Assembly: GCF_006345805.1 (NCBI RefSeq)
Contig: NC_043008.1
Location: forward strand, 1,116,001-1,180,000
Reading direction: 5' to 3'
DNA: 64,000 nt
Source: Octopus sinensis
Lineage: Eukaryota
Shown in pieces: positions 1 through 12,112 of the stretch. Positions within the stretch are counted from its first letter, which is position 1. The number at the start of each line of letters is the position of its first letter. Below the pieces are notes generated by a model. The model did not search any database, was not told the origin of the DNA, and was given only the letters and a program-made list of their open reading frames with translations. Position numbers and translations under genes: made by a program.

Positions 1-505
1 TTTAGCTCTTCTAAGAAGAAATGTAGGCGTAAAGGGTTCTTTGACATTATATGTTTTACCATTGTATGTCTATGAGAAGGAATGGATGTTTAATATAACT
101 TCAGCAGCACTTGCTTCGTGATTCAAACTTGGAAAAGTTCCGTGTCAAATTTATTGGGGTGCTGCACCTGAGATTTATGCAACCTGCCTTCATCGCACCA
201 CCTCGTACAGATTCTCTTTCGAGGGAATCGTTACGATGCTGGAGCTAGTGAAATATTTAAGCATTTATGTATAATTATGCATAATGCAAAGATTGGAAGA
301 ATTGAAAGTTGCAAATATCTCTACAGAACCCCACTGAGATGGCATTCACACACAAACACACACACACGCACCCAGATAGGGCAGCACACATGCATACACA
401 CGTATGCCTATCTACACACACAAACATTTATATACATACAAATGTGAACGGTATATATATACATATATACGAATCTCTCTCTCTTCTCTCTCTCTCTCTC
501 TCTCT

Positions 506-552
<47 letters not shown>

Positions 553-2037
553 CAAATTTACAGTAAACAAAAGACGAGGAAGGTGAAGGAACAACTAGCA
601 GGTGTATTATTTTGACGCAAGGGAAATCGGAAATGTCTTTCATGTTTTGAGCCTACGCTCTTCATATACATATATATATATATATATATATAATATATAT
701 ATATATAATATATATATATGTATATTTGAATACGTGTATCTATCTATAAATATATACATGTTTACCTACTACATGGTGCATGCAAACACACAGACACACG
801 CACACACCTATACACAAATGCATAAAAGCTGGATATATCTGTATTTTCACCTTGTATATTCTGTCGATGTGAATTGGCGAATGAAGTAACCATTGTTGAA
901 GCAGGAAAAACTTGTCGCACTCCCTTCAAATCGTGTATGATAAGTGTCCTCCCCGCCATTATGATAAGAGTCCTACCCCATGTATGTGATTGCATCCCAT
1001 GATATCAATGTAATTAAGCTGATTAGACCTCTGTAAACCAGTGACAATGCTATTAGTTCAGAAACAGTAACAGCATCATAAATATCTTGTTCTATGTCGC
1101 TCTCTATTTTTCTATTTTTCTCCACACAATCTCATTCTTTCTGTACGTCATTCGCTGCCTTGTAATTATGCGTGTGAACATGTGTAGTTCAGTGAGCCTA
1201 CAATTAAAATTACGTGAAAAATTTGTTTTGAAATCGTTCCTAAGTACTGATAATACTTCAATAACATTTACTTATTATTCTACGCCGCTGTCTTTTATTC
1301 ACAGATGTAAAGAACAAAGCCTGTACGCATCATAAATAATTGCCTCGAATACCGATGTTAAATATCGCCCACTAGACACATATACAAGGTTGGGTTTATA
1401 TTTAGATTGTTAGGCCAAAGAAGTTCATTCTCTGTCATATTTTCATCTTTTCATCACAAATATGAAGCAATAAATTTAATTCCTATGATAATGTACGCTC
1501 GCTTTCCATTATTTCGGCTTCTTCTCTCCTATTTTTTTCTACCTTCTTTTGATTTTTCCTACGTTATTTCCCTCTCTCTATATGATTCGCTTTCTACGGC
1601 TTTCTTACTCTCTGTCTCCCTTTCTGTACCCTCTCTCTCTGAGTATCACTATCTCGCTATATCTATCATGTGCTTTCTTCCTCTCTATCTTTGTTCTTGG
1701 TTTCTCTGAAACCCAGCTCTCTCTCTCTCTCTTTCATTTCCACTTTCACTTCCACTTTCACTCTCTCTTTGGTCTTCTCTTCTTCCTTTCTTTTATTGCT
1801 TCCCTTCTCTTCTTTGAAGCAAGCACGAATCTCGCCGCAACATCGACGGAAATATAAACTCGGACGCTGCTTATCAGAGTTGACTTGACATAATGAAGAA
1901 CCGTTTATGACAGGGGATCAACTTGGCAATTTATTCTCGAAATAGAGATAAATGTCAATGTTTAATTACTTTGTTAGACACACACACACAAAATAGAACA
2001 AGACAAAAAAAAACACGAAAAACCAAAGACATACAGT

Positions 2038-2114
<77 letters not shown>

Positions 2115-2531
2115 CTGTGCAAAATGTGAGTAAATAAGTAAAGGAAGAGGAAAGTAAGAAGAGGAGAGCTAATGAGAGACAGGAGGAAATAGAAAATAGA
2201 TGATAGAAATTGTGAAAGTCATCACATTAATATGGAGAGAAAAAAAACTTACCTATATTTTTATTTCTGTCGATGGTCGTCGATTTAAATATAATATAGT
2301 TAAAGCCGAAGATTATTTCAGAATATATATGGAAGTAGTGGCTCTAAGGAATATGATATCTGCGAGGAAGATTTGAGGGTTTGAGTAATGACAGGTTATT
2401 ATCAGAACTTCAAAGTGCTCAAGCGTAAAAAGTGTTTTATATTGAAGAATTATCAGCAATAACCAAGGAACCATAGATAAGGTGAACATAATACATACAT
2501 ACATAATACATACATACATATGTATATATAT

Positions 2532-2575
<44 letters not shown>

Positions 2576-3227
2576 TACATTGTGTGTGGTGTGTATAAAA
2601 TAGAAAAAAATACAATGCATCATAACAATTTGCACAGTAGTATATTTGGATAAGAGAAATCTATTTTTGACAATCGAAAATAAGACAATATTTCTCGTGT
2701 CTGTTTATCATACGTCTGCACAGCGCAATATTCAACGTGCAAATGTAGGACTTGATATGTATATAGGTGTCTCCCTCTATATATACATACACACAACGTC
2801 ACATATACATATAATATATTATATGCTATATATATATATATATATTATATATATATATATTTTTAATATTTTATTTTTTATTTTATCTATTTTCAGCTCA
2901 CGAGAGGAGGAGATGCTGGGGCACCGCCATATACACATACAGATATCATGCACATGCAAACACACACGTACCACACACATATATATACAGCATACGATGG
3001 GTAAATTGTCACCGTTTCATTTTTTTTTCAATTTCGCGCATTCGCCTTATTTGCTTATAAGTTTGTCAAGTAAACAGTATTGCAGTGTCAGTCGGGCGCA
3101 GTCCGTGGGAAGAACAGCACTACGACGCAAACCGCTCTCCCCAAATATGCAAACGACATGCTGCACCGCATGGTGTTCGCGCCGAATCTCCAATGCGAAC
3201 ATTTCAGTGTGTTTGGGTATCGATCTG

Positions 3228-3652
3228 AGTGACTGCCGTGCCCCGAAAGCATGTACTGAGAGTGATGAAAGTTAAACATCCAGTCAACATTAAGCTGTTT
3301 GGAGTGATTACTAAGGATGGCCTCCATTCATCTTCTCACACAGCCTGAGACTCAAGTAGACACAGGAGCCTACATTAAGTGTCTGGGTAAGGTAGTGCTG
3401 CCCTGGGTGAAGAGGGTTGGTGCTGGAAGACCCTGGTGTCTGGCAAAAGGACGCTGCACCATGTCACACAAGCAGGAGAACCCAGTCATGATAGTCAGAC
3501 AATTTCTGCGATCATATCTCCCATAACATCTGACCACAGACTGCAACCCCTTGATTATTATGTGTGTAACGCACATATACAAATCAAGCAAAGATGAACC
3601 GAAGGTAAGGATCATGGCAGCATTCACCATCTTAAACAAGGAGACCGTCCAG
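3228..3652 (+). mobile_element. Degenerate DD37D (maT-type) mariner transposase fragment
   Basis: Frameshifted translation gives VMKVKHPVNIKLFGVITKDG, YIKCLGKVVLPWVKRVGAGRP, VWQKDAAPCHTSRRTQS and DCNPLDYYV, matching the catalytic region of DD37D transposases; contains stops and frameshifts. A second copy is at 49920-50200 (-). Confidence 0.85.
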
Positions 3653-3793
3653 ATAAGGATTACTCCGAAGTAGCAATAGGATTACCTTTAATTCTACATA
3701 TATATATATATATAAGTAAAAAGTAAGGTCTTAAAAGGCAGTAATATTTGTAGAATTAAAGTAATCCTATTGGTACTTCGGAGTAATCCTTAT
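3653..3793. repeat. Short foldback / MITE-like element with 45-46 bp arms
   Basis: Left arm 3653-3698 (ATAAGGATTACTCCGAAGTAGCAATAGGATTACCTTTAATTCTACA) is the reverse complement of 3749-3793 apart from one substitution and one 1-bp indel; the spacer contains a (TA)n tract. Confidence 0.75.
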
Positions 3794-3866
3794 TTTTAAT
3801 ATTGTCTGTCTGCCCGTCTGTCTGTCTCTCTTTCTCTTTCCCTCTGTCTCCCCCTCTCTGTATATA

Positions 3867-3926
<60 letters not shown>

Positions 3927-4189
3927 GTATATATATATATATATATATTATTATTATTATTATATTGTATTTTTTTATTATTATTTGTAGATATAAATTG
4001 AGGTATTGGTATTCAGAAGAGCCAAGGTGGCAAGTAACGCTATGTAAGTGCTATGGAAGGACCGTAATCAGACTCTAGGTCCGCGAAAGATAGGAGAGAC
4101 GAGTCTAATGCGGGTCTTGTATATGTTCAAATAAGACAACAAAGCCAAGATTGTGTGGATCTTTCAGGTCACTTATAAAGAAAAACATA

Positions 4190-4237
4190 GTCTTACAGCT
4201 GTGTCTGGGACATTAGGGATATCCCTTCATCAGAGAC
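4190..4237 (-). ncRNA. Minimal type I hammerhead ribozyme-like motif, core mutated (GAAA to GACA)
   Basis: Minus strand reads GTCT-CTGATGA-A-GGGATAT-CCCTA-ATGTCCC-A-GACA-C-AGCT-G-TA-AGAC: helix I GTCT/AGAC, helix II 7 bp, palindromic helix III ACAGCTGT. Confidence 0.6.
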
Positions 4238-5039
4238 GTTGTGAGATGGTTAAATAGAGGGAAATATTAGAGTTCAATATAAGGAGTTATTTTGGAAAAA
4301 AAGGAAATGAGGAGTATTGAGGGAAATAGGAGAATGAATGTAGAAATAAAAGTATATAAATATGTTATAGTTGCAGTTCCATTATGCAAGGAAAGTGGTG
4401 TTTAGAAGTGGTAGAAATGGTGCATGTCCATGGTGTGTAAATTCTAATAGTTGGTTCATATTTTTTCATGTCAAATGGAGTGTGGAGACGTAGAGAAAGA
4501 GAGAAAAAGAGAGGAGAGAGAGACGAACACTATTTTTTTCTATGTAATAAGCTTGAAAATAATTCGTAACATGAAACTAATGGTAGCCTTAATACACAAC
4601 TAAAGTATCATTATCCACCAATGCAGTGTAGACACTCATTCTCATGGTTTCATATTTACGTCCATGGAATCTAAGGGTTCATCAAAAGTGACGGATAGAA
4701 TATGTAGCAGATTAAAGAATAATTAATGATTGTTGCCTATTTGTGGCTAGCATGTCTCCGGTCTATTGTCTGAAACAAGTATAAAACTCTTTCTACTTAT
4801 AATTCATTTCTGGAACGGGGAACTCGGATCACATCGCGCTTTAAATAAAACCGATTTAAAAAGCCTTTATTTTTTGGATTAGCTTTACCAAAAGAATTTC
4901 CACAATTTTCATGTGTTCAACTAAAAAGGGACGGTTATAGGTTCCACTTTGGATGAGTATTATTTATACACACATCATGTAAGTGTTTTTTTTTTAGTTA
5001 CGTATTTATGTAGACATAAAAAAAAATCCTTTCTATAAC

Positions 5040-5210
5040 AGGTACAAGGTCTGAAAGTTTTGGTGGTAGGGCTCAGTCGAATATATCGACGCAGTGCCCA
5101 ACAGCTTCTTATTTTATCGACCAGGAAGGAATGAAAGGTAAAGCCGCCCTCATCGGTATTTGAACTATGAACGTAAAGTCGAAAGAATTACCACCGAACA
5201 CTTTCTCTTG
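5040..5210 (-). mobile_element. Degenerate SINE family B fragment
   Basis: Reverse complement resembles the TTACGTTC..AGTTCAAAT..CCTTTCATCC..GTCGATAAA body of the copy at 37549-37779. Confidence 0.55.
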
Positions 5211-7251
5211 CGCGCTACTGATTCCGCCATCTCGTCAACGTAATGACATTAATTCTTTTAGAATTACATGAATATTTATGCGCAAGGAAAAATTTCAGAT
5301 TTAATGCTGTAATGATATTTTGTAATCTACTCTGCTTACAGCAAGTACACACACACTTACAAGTACACGCACACACACACACAATATGTACACACACACT
5401 AAGAGAAACATTGATGGATGCTTATAAAATGATGTTATGTGCAATATCAAAACACCACCACCACACCACATCCATAAAACTTGTGTCAGCGAGTACGATA
5501 TTGATGTGAAAAGTAATACCTCTAAACTGATTCAAAGGTCACGGAGCATGCCATTATTTATATTCTAGGCATGGTATTTGATTACATATGAATGTTATAA
5601 GAACTTTGGAAAACCGTTATTTTAAGCGTAGTTCCTTAATCCCGAACACACTTGAATGACATTTTCGCTGTTCTTGAAATACCGATTTTTTTGGTACAAG
5701 CAACGCCTGAATGTACCAAAGATTTATAACAGAAATTGTTGAAAATTCTAGAAGTGAATGTCTTTTTGTGGGGAAGCGGCAGTACAGTGCTCAATGGTTT
5801 TCGTAACTGATTCTTCAAATCAAATGTTTCATAAGGAATATTGTTTTATAACATTCTGAGCACCTTTTTTCCCTGCTGCATGAATTGCTTAGATCAGCGT
5901 ATTTCTTCGATCAATTTGATTAAGACCCATTTCAATCATTTCACCATAGAGGAAAAATTAAATGTTTGTATCGATATTGCACGTTTAGATATTCATCTTG
6001 CAACAACACACTATAATTTCGGAAGGCATAAATTTAGTATATACAAAGAGGCCACACACTAACGTTTCTTCTTGACTCGGTCAATCATTTGGTACATCAG
6101 CATTATTTCATGAAAACAAGACGTTGAGTCAGATACGCTGAGGCGTGTCTTTATTTACTTGACTCAATTCCTGAACAGCATATACGGCATCCTTGCTTTG
6201 AAAACGTTCATAATTTCACATGACCACGTGACCTTGAATCTTTCATGGCATACCCCAGTGCTCGGTTCAATACAGCTATTTGGTTCTCGAGAACATTTGG
6301 CTAAGTCTTACACAGTCGTAGAAACATATGGGTCAAGTATCTTAATAATACTTTATTCCTTCCTCCCGTCTCAAACTGATTATAAGCACTGAATTTCTTA
6401 ATAAATCAGCAATAAAAATATAACTGTATTATCTAAAAAAATTAAATAATCCAAAACACAAGAAGCAATTATTTCAAAAATTTCAAGAGAATGTCAATAG
6501 AAATCTGAGATACTATAGAGAGAATACAAAACATAAGACTGAACGAAGTAAGGTGACTATAAAGAAAGAAGACTAAAATGAACGATGAAACAAATATAGA
6601 AACAAAAAAATGCACATTCAATAAATCTTTAAATATTCGTTGGCAGTTTTTATGTCACTGATTATTAAATCACGTTTTCATATTGACAGCATTTGTACAG
6701 TTTCTATTAATTTCCATTAAAAAGTAATCACTATATACCATATCTATATGGTGTCATATAATGACAGACTTAAATGATATACGTTGTAATTCCGGTGGTA
6801 TTATGACTGTTATGTGAGTATTTAAGAATATTAAATAAAGAATTGCATTTTGATATAGAAGCTTAAATAATATATCAGATCCGAGTAGACATTTGAAACA
6901 TGCTAAAAGTGAGATAAGACATTTTTAATACACCGGTAGTGTCAATATTGACGGGAATAATAAATGTGATGTGTAAAGGTCGGAGGAACAGAGGTAAAAA
7001 TGTATGAGAGAAAAGTCTTGAAAAGAGATGTGGTCTCTTCTAAGTTGTAAGTATGTTTATATAATGACATCTATTTATACAGCATTCAAATAATCGCTAA
7101 TAACATCAAAATACAGTGGAATAATTTGTTGAAGTCCTTTCGATGCAAATCTGCATTTAAGTGGAAATACGATGATAATAATATATACATTGAGACGGTT
7201 GAATATGGTTTTGCGTGGGTGATATATATATAAATGACATCATATCGAATT

Positions 7252-7325
7252 TTACAAGCTAGTAGTCCTCTTCTGTATATATGTTTTACAAACCCAGAGT
7301 TCAACAGGATTATGCGTAGGATATG
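7252..7325 (-). CDS. Candidate terminal coding exon of an unidentified minus-strand gene ((A)YPTHNPVELWVCKTYIQKRTTSL*)
   Basis: Acceptor TTTTGTTTTGTCATTTCAG at 7326; phase-1 start matches the upstream exon across a 62-nt GT-AG intron; TAA at 7254-7252. Confidence 0.35.
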
Positions 7326-7387
7326 CTGAAATGACAAAACAAAATCTACAACAATAAACAAAAAATAAAAAAAAACATATTACGTAC

Positions 7388-7452
7388 CTGGTCTTTCAAA
7401 ACCATATAATATAAGAGACACAATGAAGAACACGAGATTCTGCCATGCTAAT
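7388..7452 (-). CDS. Candidate 65-nt coding exon (LAWQNLVFFIVSLILYGFERP, hydrophobic)
   Basis: Acceptor TTTCACTTTTTTAG, donor CAG|GTACGT; only one frame is open through the exon (phase 2 to phase 1). Confidence 0.4.
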
Positions 7453-7989
7453 CTAAAAAAGTGAAATTCATAAAAAAATCGAGGAGAAATGCTGTCTAGC
7501 GATAAGCTTCACAAAACACATTCGCTGCCCTTTTACATACTGCGTTTGCCAAAAGACAACCTCAGTTCCAAAATATTCGATTTATATATATCACCTATAA
7601 TAAATTTAACAAAATCAAATATAGATAGAAATTCTAGTAACTTGCTTTCATACCCCTTCTCTCTAAGTATATATACATACATGTCTCTCTCATATATATG
7701 CATAGATATACACACATTTTACATATTTGTGAGGGAGAGTATGTGTGAGCGTATGCGTTGTGTACGTATGTGTGTGTGTGTGTGTGTGCATAGATTGTTT
7801 GTAGTGTTGTACAATTGCTATGCATTGATATGAGAAGGTAGGTAGAGTTTGGATAAATATTACTTATTGACCGCTTAAATCCCGTTCAAGGATTCATGAA
7901 CTAGCAGGCTGTTGAAAAAAATTCCTTTATACATACATACATACATACATACATACATACATACATACATACATACATAAATACATAGA

Positions 7990-8190
7990 CAGGGAGAGTT
8001 TACGAAAAAACAAAAGACGAAGACAGTTGGTGTACAAAACAAACAGATGTATTAGTTTAACACTCAGGAATAGAAAAACGTCTTTTACGTTTCGAGCCTA
8101 CGCTCTTCTACAGAAAGGGACACAGAAAAAACAAGGAGAGAAACAAGGAGAGAAAAAATGTGTGTAGTGGCTAATGATCTATCATGGTGA
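7990..8190 (-). mobile_element. Repeat family D (probable PLE terminal-repeat fragment) carrying a hammerhead-like motif
   Basis: Shares GTGTATTAGTTT..ACGC..AGGAA..TTTCGAGCCTACGCTCTTC..CAGAAAGGGA with copies at about 580-670, 19010-19150 and 38715-38890. Confidence 0.6.
8082..8117 (-). ncRNA. Minimal hammerhead-like motif with atypical U at core position 6
   Basis: Minus strand CTTT-CTGTAGA-A-GAGC-GTAG-GCTC-GAAA-CG-TA-AAAG: 4-bp helix I, 4-bp helix II with tetraloop, ACGT palindromic helix III. Confidence 0.55.
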
Positions 8191-8245
8191 CACACATGTA
8201 TATGTATGTACATATATATATAGAGAAATGCGTATGTATGTATGG

Positions 8246-8526
8246 GTGTGGTAAATTTTAAAATTTTAAGCGAATTACATACGAAATTTAGGTCGGTTTG
8301 GTTAGAGGAAGAAGAAGAAAATTTAAAATAAGGAGAAGTTCTGTAGGATGGTTGATGCGATGAGAGGTCGACAGAAATCAAACATTTTATCGATAAAATG
8401 TTTGACATGGTTTGACCTCCCATCAAATCAACCGTCCCGCAAACACATTAACATCATTTTTTTTCTTTCTTCTCTAACCAAGCTTACAAAAACCTCATAT
8501 ATGCTTTGTTTAAAATTTCACCACAC
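8246..8526. repeat. About 280-bp imperfect palindrome (foldback/MITE-like) with a perfect 28-bp palindromic centre
   Basis: Centre 8378-8405 TCAAACATTTTATCGATAAAATGTTTGA is self-complementary; outer blocks pair (GGATGGTTGAT..GAGGTC with GACCTC..ATCAACCGTCC; GGTTAGAGGAAGAAG with CTTTCTTCTCTAACC; GTGTGGTAAATTTTAAA with TTTAAAATTTCACCACAC). Confidence 0.8.
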
Positions 8527-8997
8527 ACACACACGCTCACATACACACATGCACACACATGGATGAAAAATGAAAAATTGCATCTGAAATAACGCCTCTT
8601 AAACATCCACTTTCCAAAACCCAAACGAAATATTGAACACTTCACCTTTTTTAACCTATGAAAAAGAAGAGGATTCAACAGCCCACTATTCATGATCAAT
8701 CCTTCAAGGCGGAATGCTCTACATAAATGGTATCATATTATTCATGTAAACTCTTACTATCTTCCTTTATCAATACACACACACACACACACACACACAC
8801 ACCCAAATACAACACACGCACACACACACACGCACGCACACACACACACACTCACTCACACACACACATACACACCCACATACACACACACGCACACACA
8901 CACACGCACGCACACACACACACACTCACTCACACACATACACACGCACTCATACACACACACACACACACTCACTCACACACACACATATATTATA

Positions 8998-9180
8998 AGG
9001 CGAGCTGGCAGAAACATTAGCATGCCAAACGAAATACCGCTAGGTATTTCGTTTGTCTTTACGTTCTGAGTTCAAATTCAGCCGTGGTCGACTTTGACTT
9101 TCATCCTTTCGGGGGTACTGGTCTTGATCAAATCAACCGGTACCGTCACCCCCAAATTAGAGTCTTGTTCTAGATTAGAA
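8998..9180 (+). mobile_element. tRNA-derived SINE family B, truncated
   Basis: GGCGAGCTGGCAGAAAC head and GAGTTCAAATTC B-box; aligns to 37549-37779. Confidence 0.8.
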
Positions 9181-9184
9181 ACAC

Positions 9185-9280
<96 letters not shown>

Positions 9281-9306
9281 ATATATATATATGATACTTA
9301 TTTTGA

Positions 9307-9676
9307 TAGGCTGTGTGGTAAGTAGCTTGCTTACCAACCACATGGTTCCGGGTTCAGTCCCACTGCGTGGCACCTTGGGCAAGTGTCTTCTATTATAGCC
9401 TCGGGCCGACCAAAGCCTTGTGAGTGGATTTGGTAGACGGAAACTGAATGTGTGTACGTATATGTTTGTGTGTCTGTGTTTGTCCCCCTAGCATTGCTTG
9501 ACAACCGATGCTGGTGTGTTTATGTCCCCGTCACTTAGCGGTTCGGAAAAATAGACCGATAGAATAAGTACTGGGCTTACAAAGAATAAGTCCCGGTGTC
9601 GAGTTGCTCGATTAAAGGCGGTGCTCCAGCATGGCCGCAGTCAAATGACTGAAACAAGTAAAAGAGTAAAGAGTAA
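9307..9676 (+). mobile_element. tRNA-derived SINE family A, near full length
   Basis: A-box-like GGCTGTGTGGTAAG, B-box GGTTCAGTCCC, core motif CACCTTGGGCAAGTGTCTT, internal (TG)n, 3' CAGTCAAATGACTGAAACAAGT plus (AAGAGT)n tail; aligns to 15767-16176. Confidence 0.9.
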
Positions 9677-10326
9677 GAGACAGTATTGGATACCATCAGA
9701 AATTCAACCAAATGAAGGGACTATGGGACTTTATATATATACATACACACACTCACAGTATAGTACAAGCATATAACGTTTTTATTTCGCTGTAGTTGAT
9801 ACTAGTGGGTGTATAGTTGTTTATCTAACAGCTCATACAACGATCCATTTGAAACCTACTCTTAAATTGAAGTTAAAAGATATATTTATTGACAAGCTAA
9901 TGCATACCTGTAGAGAATGTCATAGTTAAGTATTCAGTTAGTTACAGGTAATATATTTCAAGTAATATTATATTATAATTACATTCAATGAAAAACAGAA
10001 ATGTAAAATATACATTGAAAATATTTTGGTGTCAATCATGGTTACAAAACGAAGTTATGGCATTGGTTTAATATTAATAGTAAACAAAACAATCAATTCT
10101 AATTGTAATATATTTAATTTTATATAGTAAACAAGGAATCTGAGAAAATGACATCTTCCTAAATTATAGAAAATCATATGACACAGAAGAGTAGTGTTGT
10201 CATTAAGCAAAAGATAATTATACTAATATTTCCTAACAAATATTATACCCACACCAAAGATAGTATATATAACATATAGTATCAGATGAGAACGGATAAT
10301 CTTGCAATATAAAAGCTAGCACTCAA

Positions 10327-10505
10327 GGAGGCGAAGCGGCAGAATTGTTAGCAATCACGCGAAATGCTTAACGGTATTTCGTGTGTTCGGATTTGAAATT
10401 CAGCTAATGTTGACTGTGCCATTCATCCTTTCGCGGTCGATGGAATAAGTACCAGTTGTGCTCTGGGGTTGATGTAATAGTCTTGGCTCCGCCTTCAAAA
10501 TTGAA
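10327..10505 (+). mobile_element. Degenerate SINE family B
   Basis: GGCGAAGCGGCAGAATTGTTAGC..CGAAATGCTTAACGGTATTTCG..CATCCTTTCGCGGTCGAT..AAGTACCAGTTG. Confidence 0.7.
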
Positions 10506-10654
10506 GAATAACTTACGCTACTCTTCAATTGTATATGTGTGTGCGTATATATGTATATATATATATATATATGTATATATATGTGTATATATATATAAGT
10601 ATATACGTATATGTATATATATACATATATATGTGCGTGTGTGGGTGTGCATAC

Positions 10655-10850
10655 GTTTTCTTGTCTCTGTCCTCATAACATCGCTTGACAACCGATGTTG
10701 TTGTGTTTACGTCCCCGTAACTTAGCAGCTTGGCGAAAGGACCGGAAGAATGAGTTCTAGGCTTACAAAGAATAAGTCCTGGGATCGACTAAAAGCGGTG
10801 CTCTAGCATGGCCGCAGTGAAATGACAGAAACAAGTAAAATAATAAAATA
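10655..10850 (+). mobile_element. SINE family A, 3' half
   Basis: TCGCTTGACAACCGATG..GTCCCCGTAACTTAGC..AAGAATAAGTCCTGGG..GCATGGCCGCAGT.AAATGAC.GAAACAAGT. Confidence 0.8.
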
Positions 10851-11009
10851 AATGTATGAGGAAAAGAAAATATATATATATATAAACTTACTTGGAGAGA
10901 AGAAACGACGCGTGCGTTCGGTCATATAATAACATATAATAAATTAATAAAATATATGCATATATACATACATATATGTACATACTTACATCTATATGTA
11001 TATATACAA

Positions 11010-11085
<76 letters not shown>

Positions 11086-11454
11086 TATATACAGGACACC
11101 ATAAATAAACGTATAACACAACGAGAAACGAAAACATAAATCAAACAAGGAAGCGGATTTTTTTTAACAACGAAAAAACAGAGTACAGGACAAAAATTCA
11201 AGGAAAATCCCCCCTTCATCAGCTGCCCCTGTTTCGACTCAATGCGTGTTTCGAAGGTGAACGCTTTCAATGTAGAATAACTACCTGCGGTTCAACTGTC
11301 ATTTATTTATACAATAGCTACAAGGGTACACATTATTTCACTTACAAAACACATCCATCTTCTCGACTCTACTTCTACAATAAACTAAATAATGTCCTCC
11401 TTAATCATTGGTAGCAACGTTGCTGACATCTACTTCTTCTTTACTCATACTTAC

Positions 11455-11513
11455 ATTAGCGACAAAAGTGGAACTATTGTCAAAACTACGAACAAATCTA
11501 ATATGGTAGCTGT
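11455..11513 (-). CDS. Candidate 59-nt coding exon (TATILDLFVVLTIVPLLSL, or SYHIRFVRSFDNSSTFVAN in the other open frame)
   Basis: Acceptor GTCTTATTATCAG, donor AAT|GTAAGT; in frame 0 it ends in phase 2, compatible with exon 7452-7388. Confidence 0.3.
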
Positions 11514-12068
11514 CTGATAATAAGACTAACACATTAATTATTATATTAACAATAACAATGAAAAATAAATATTATTATAGCTATTTGCAATAATCTATTT
11601 TCATTATTGTTTTGGTACAACAATGTTCATTTTGTCACATTTTCACAGATATTGACGCTGGAATTTAATGTACATTGTTTTCATAATTAATATAATAATT
11701 ATCTTAGCTATCGATGTTATTATTCTTATGACATATATTATTTTGCCAAAAATAATGTCGGTTAAGCCCAACATACTAAATTACATGCGGTAAGCATTAT
11801 CAATCTAGTGCATATATATATAAATGTATGTATGAATCATTTATATATGCATATATGTACAAAAACACACATATATATATATACACACATATAAAGTGTA
11901 TGAATATATATATATATATATACATGTGTGTGTGTTTGTATTGGTATGTATACATTTATGTATGTATGTATGTATATATATATATATATATATATGCATG
12001 TATATCTATATGTTTAAATGTATCTATGTATATATATATATATTTATATATATATGTATATGCATGAA

Positions 12069-12112
<44 letters not shown>

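Noticed and set aside
1-260. Non-repetitive, moderately GC-rich stretch at the window edge
   Set aside because: All frames have stops and I recognise no motif; it may be a TE fragment continuing outside the window.
2252-2362. Minus-strand exon-like segment with a good acceptor and GTAAGT donor
   Set aside because: All three frames contain stops; at most non-coding, and such sites arise by chance.
2897-3000. Plus-strand exon-like segment (TTTTCAG acceptor, GG|GTAAAT donor)
   Set aside because: Half of it is (CA)/(TA) microsatellite-derived and no partner exon was found.
6100-7250. Hydrophobic-looking minus-strand translation suggesting a receptor pseudogene
   Set aside because: Frequent stops in all frames; T-rich strand bias explains the hydrophobic residues; no family motif.
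11195-11270. CTGATGAAGGGG on the minus strand as another hammerhead
   Set aside because: No helix II closure followed by GAAA and a cleavage triplet in a valid order.
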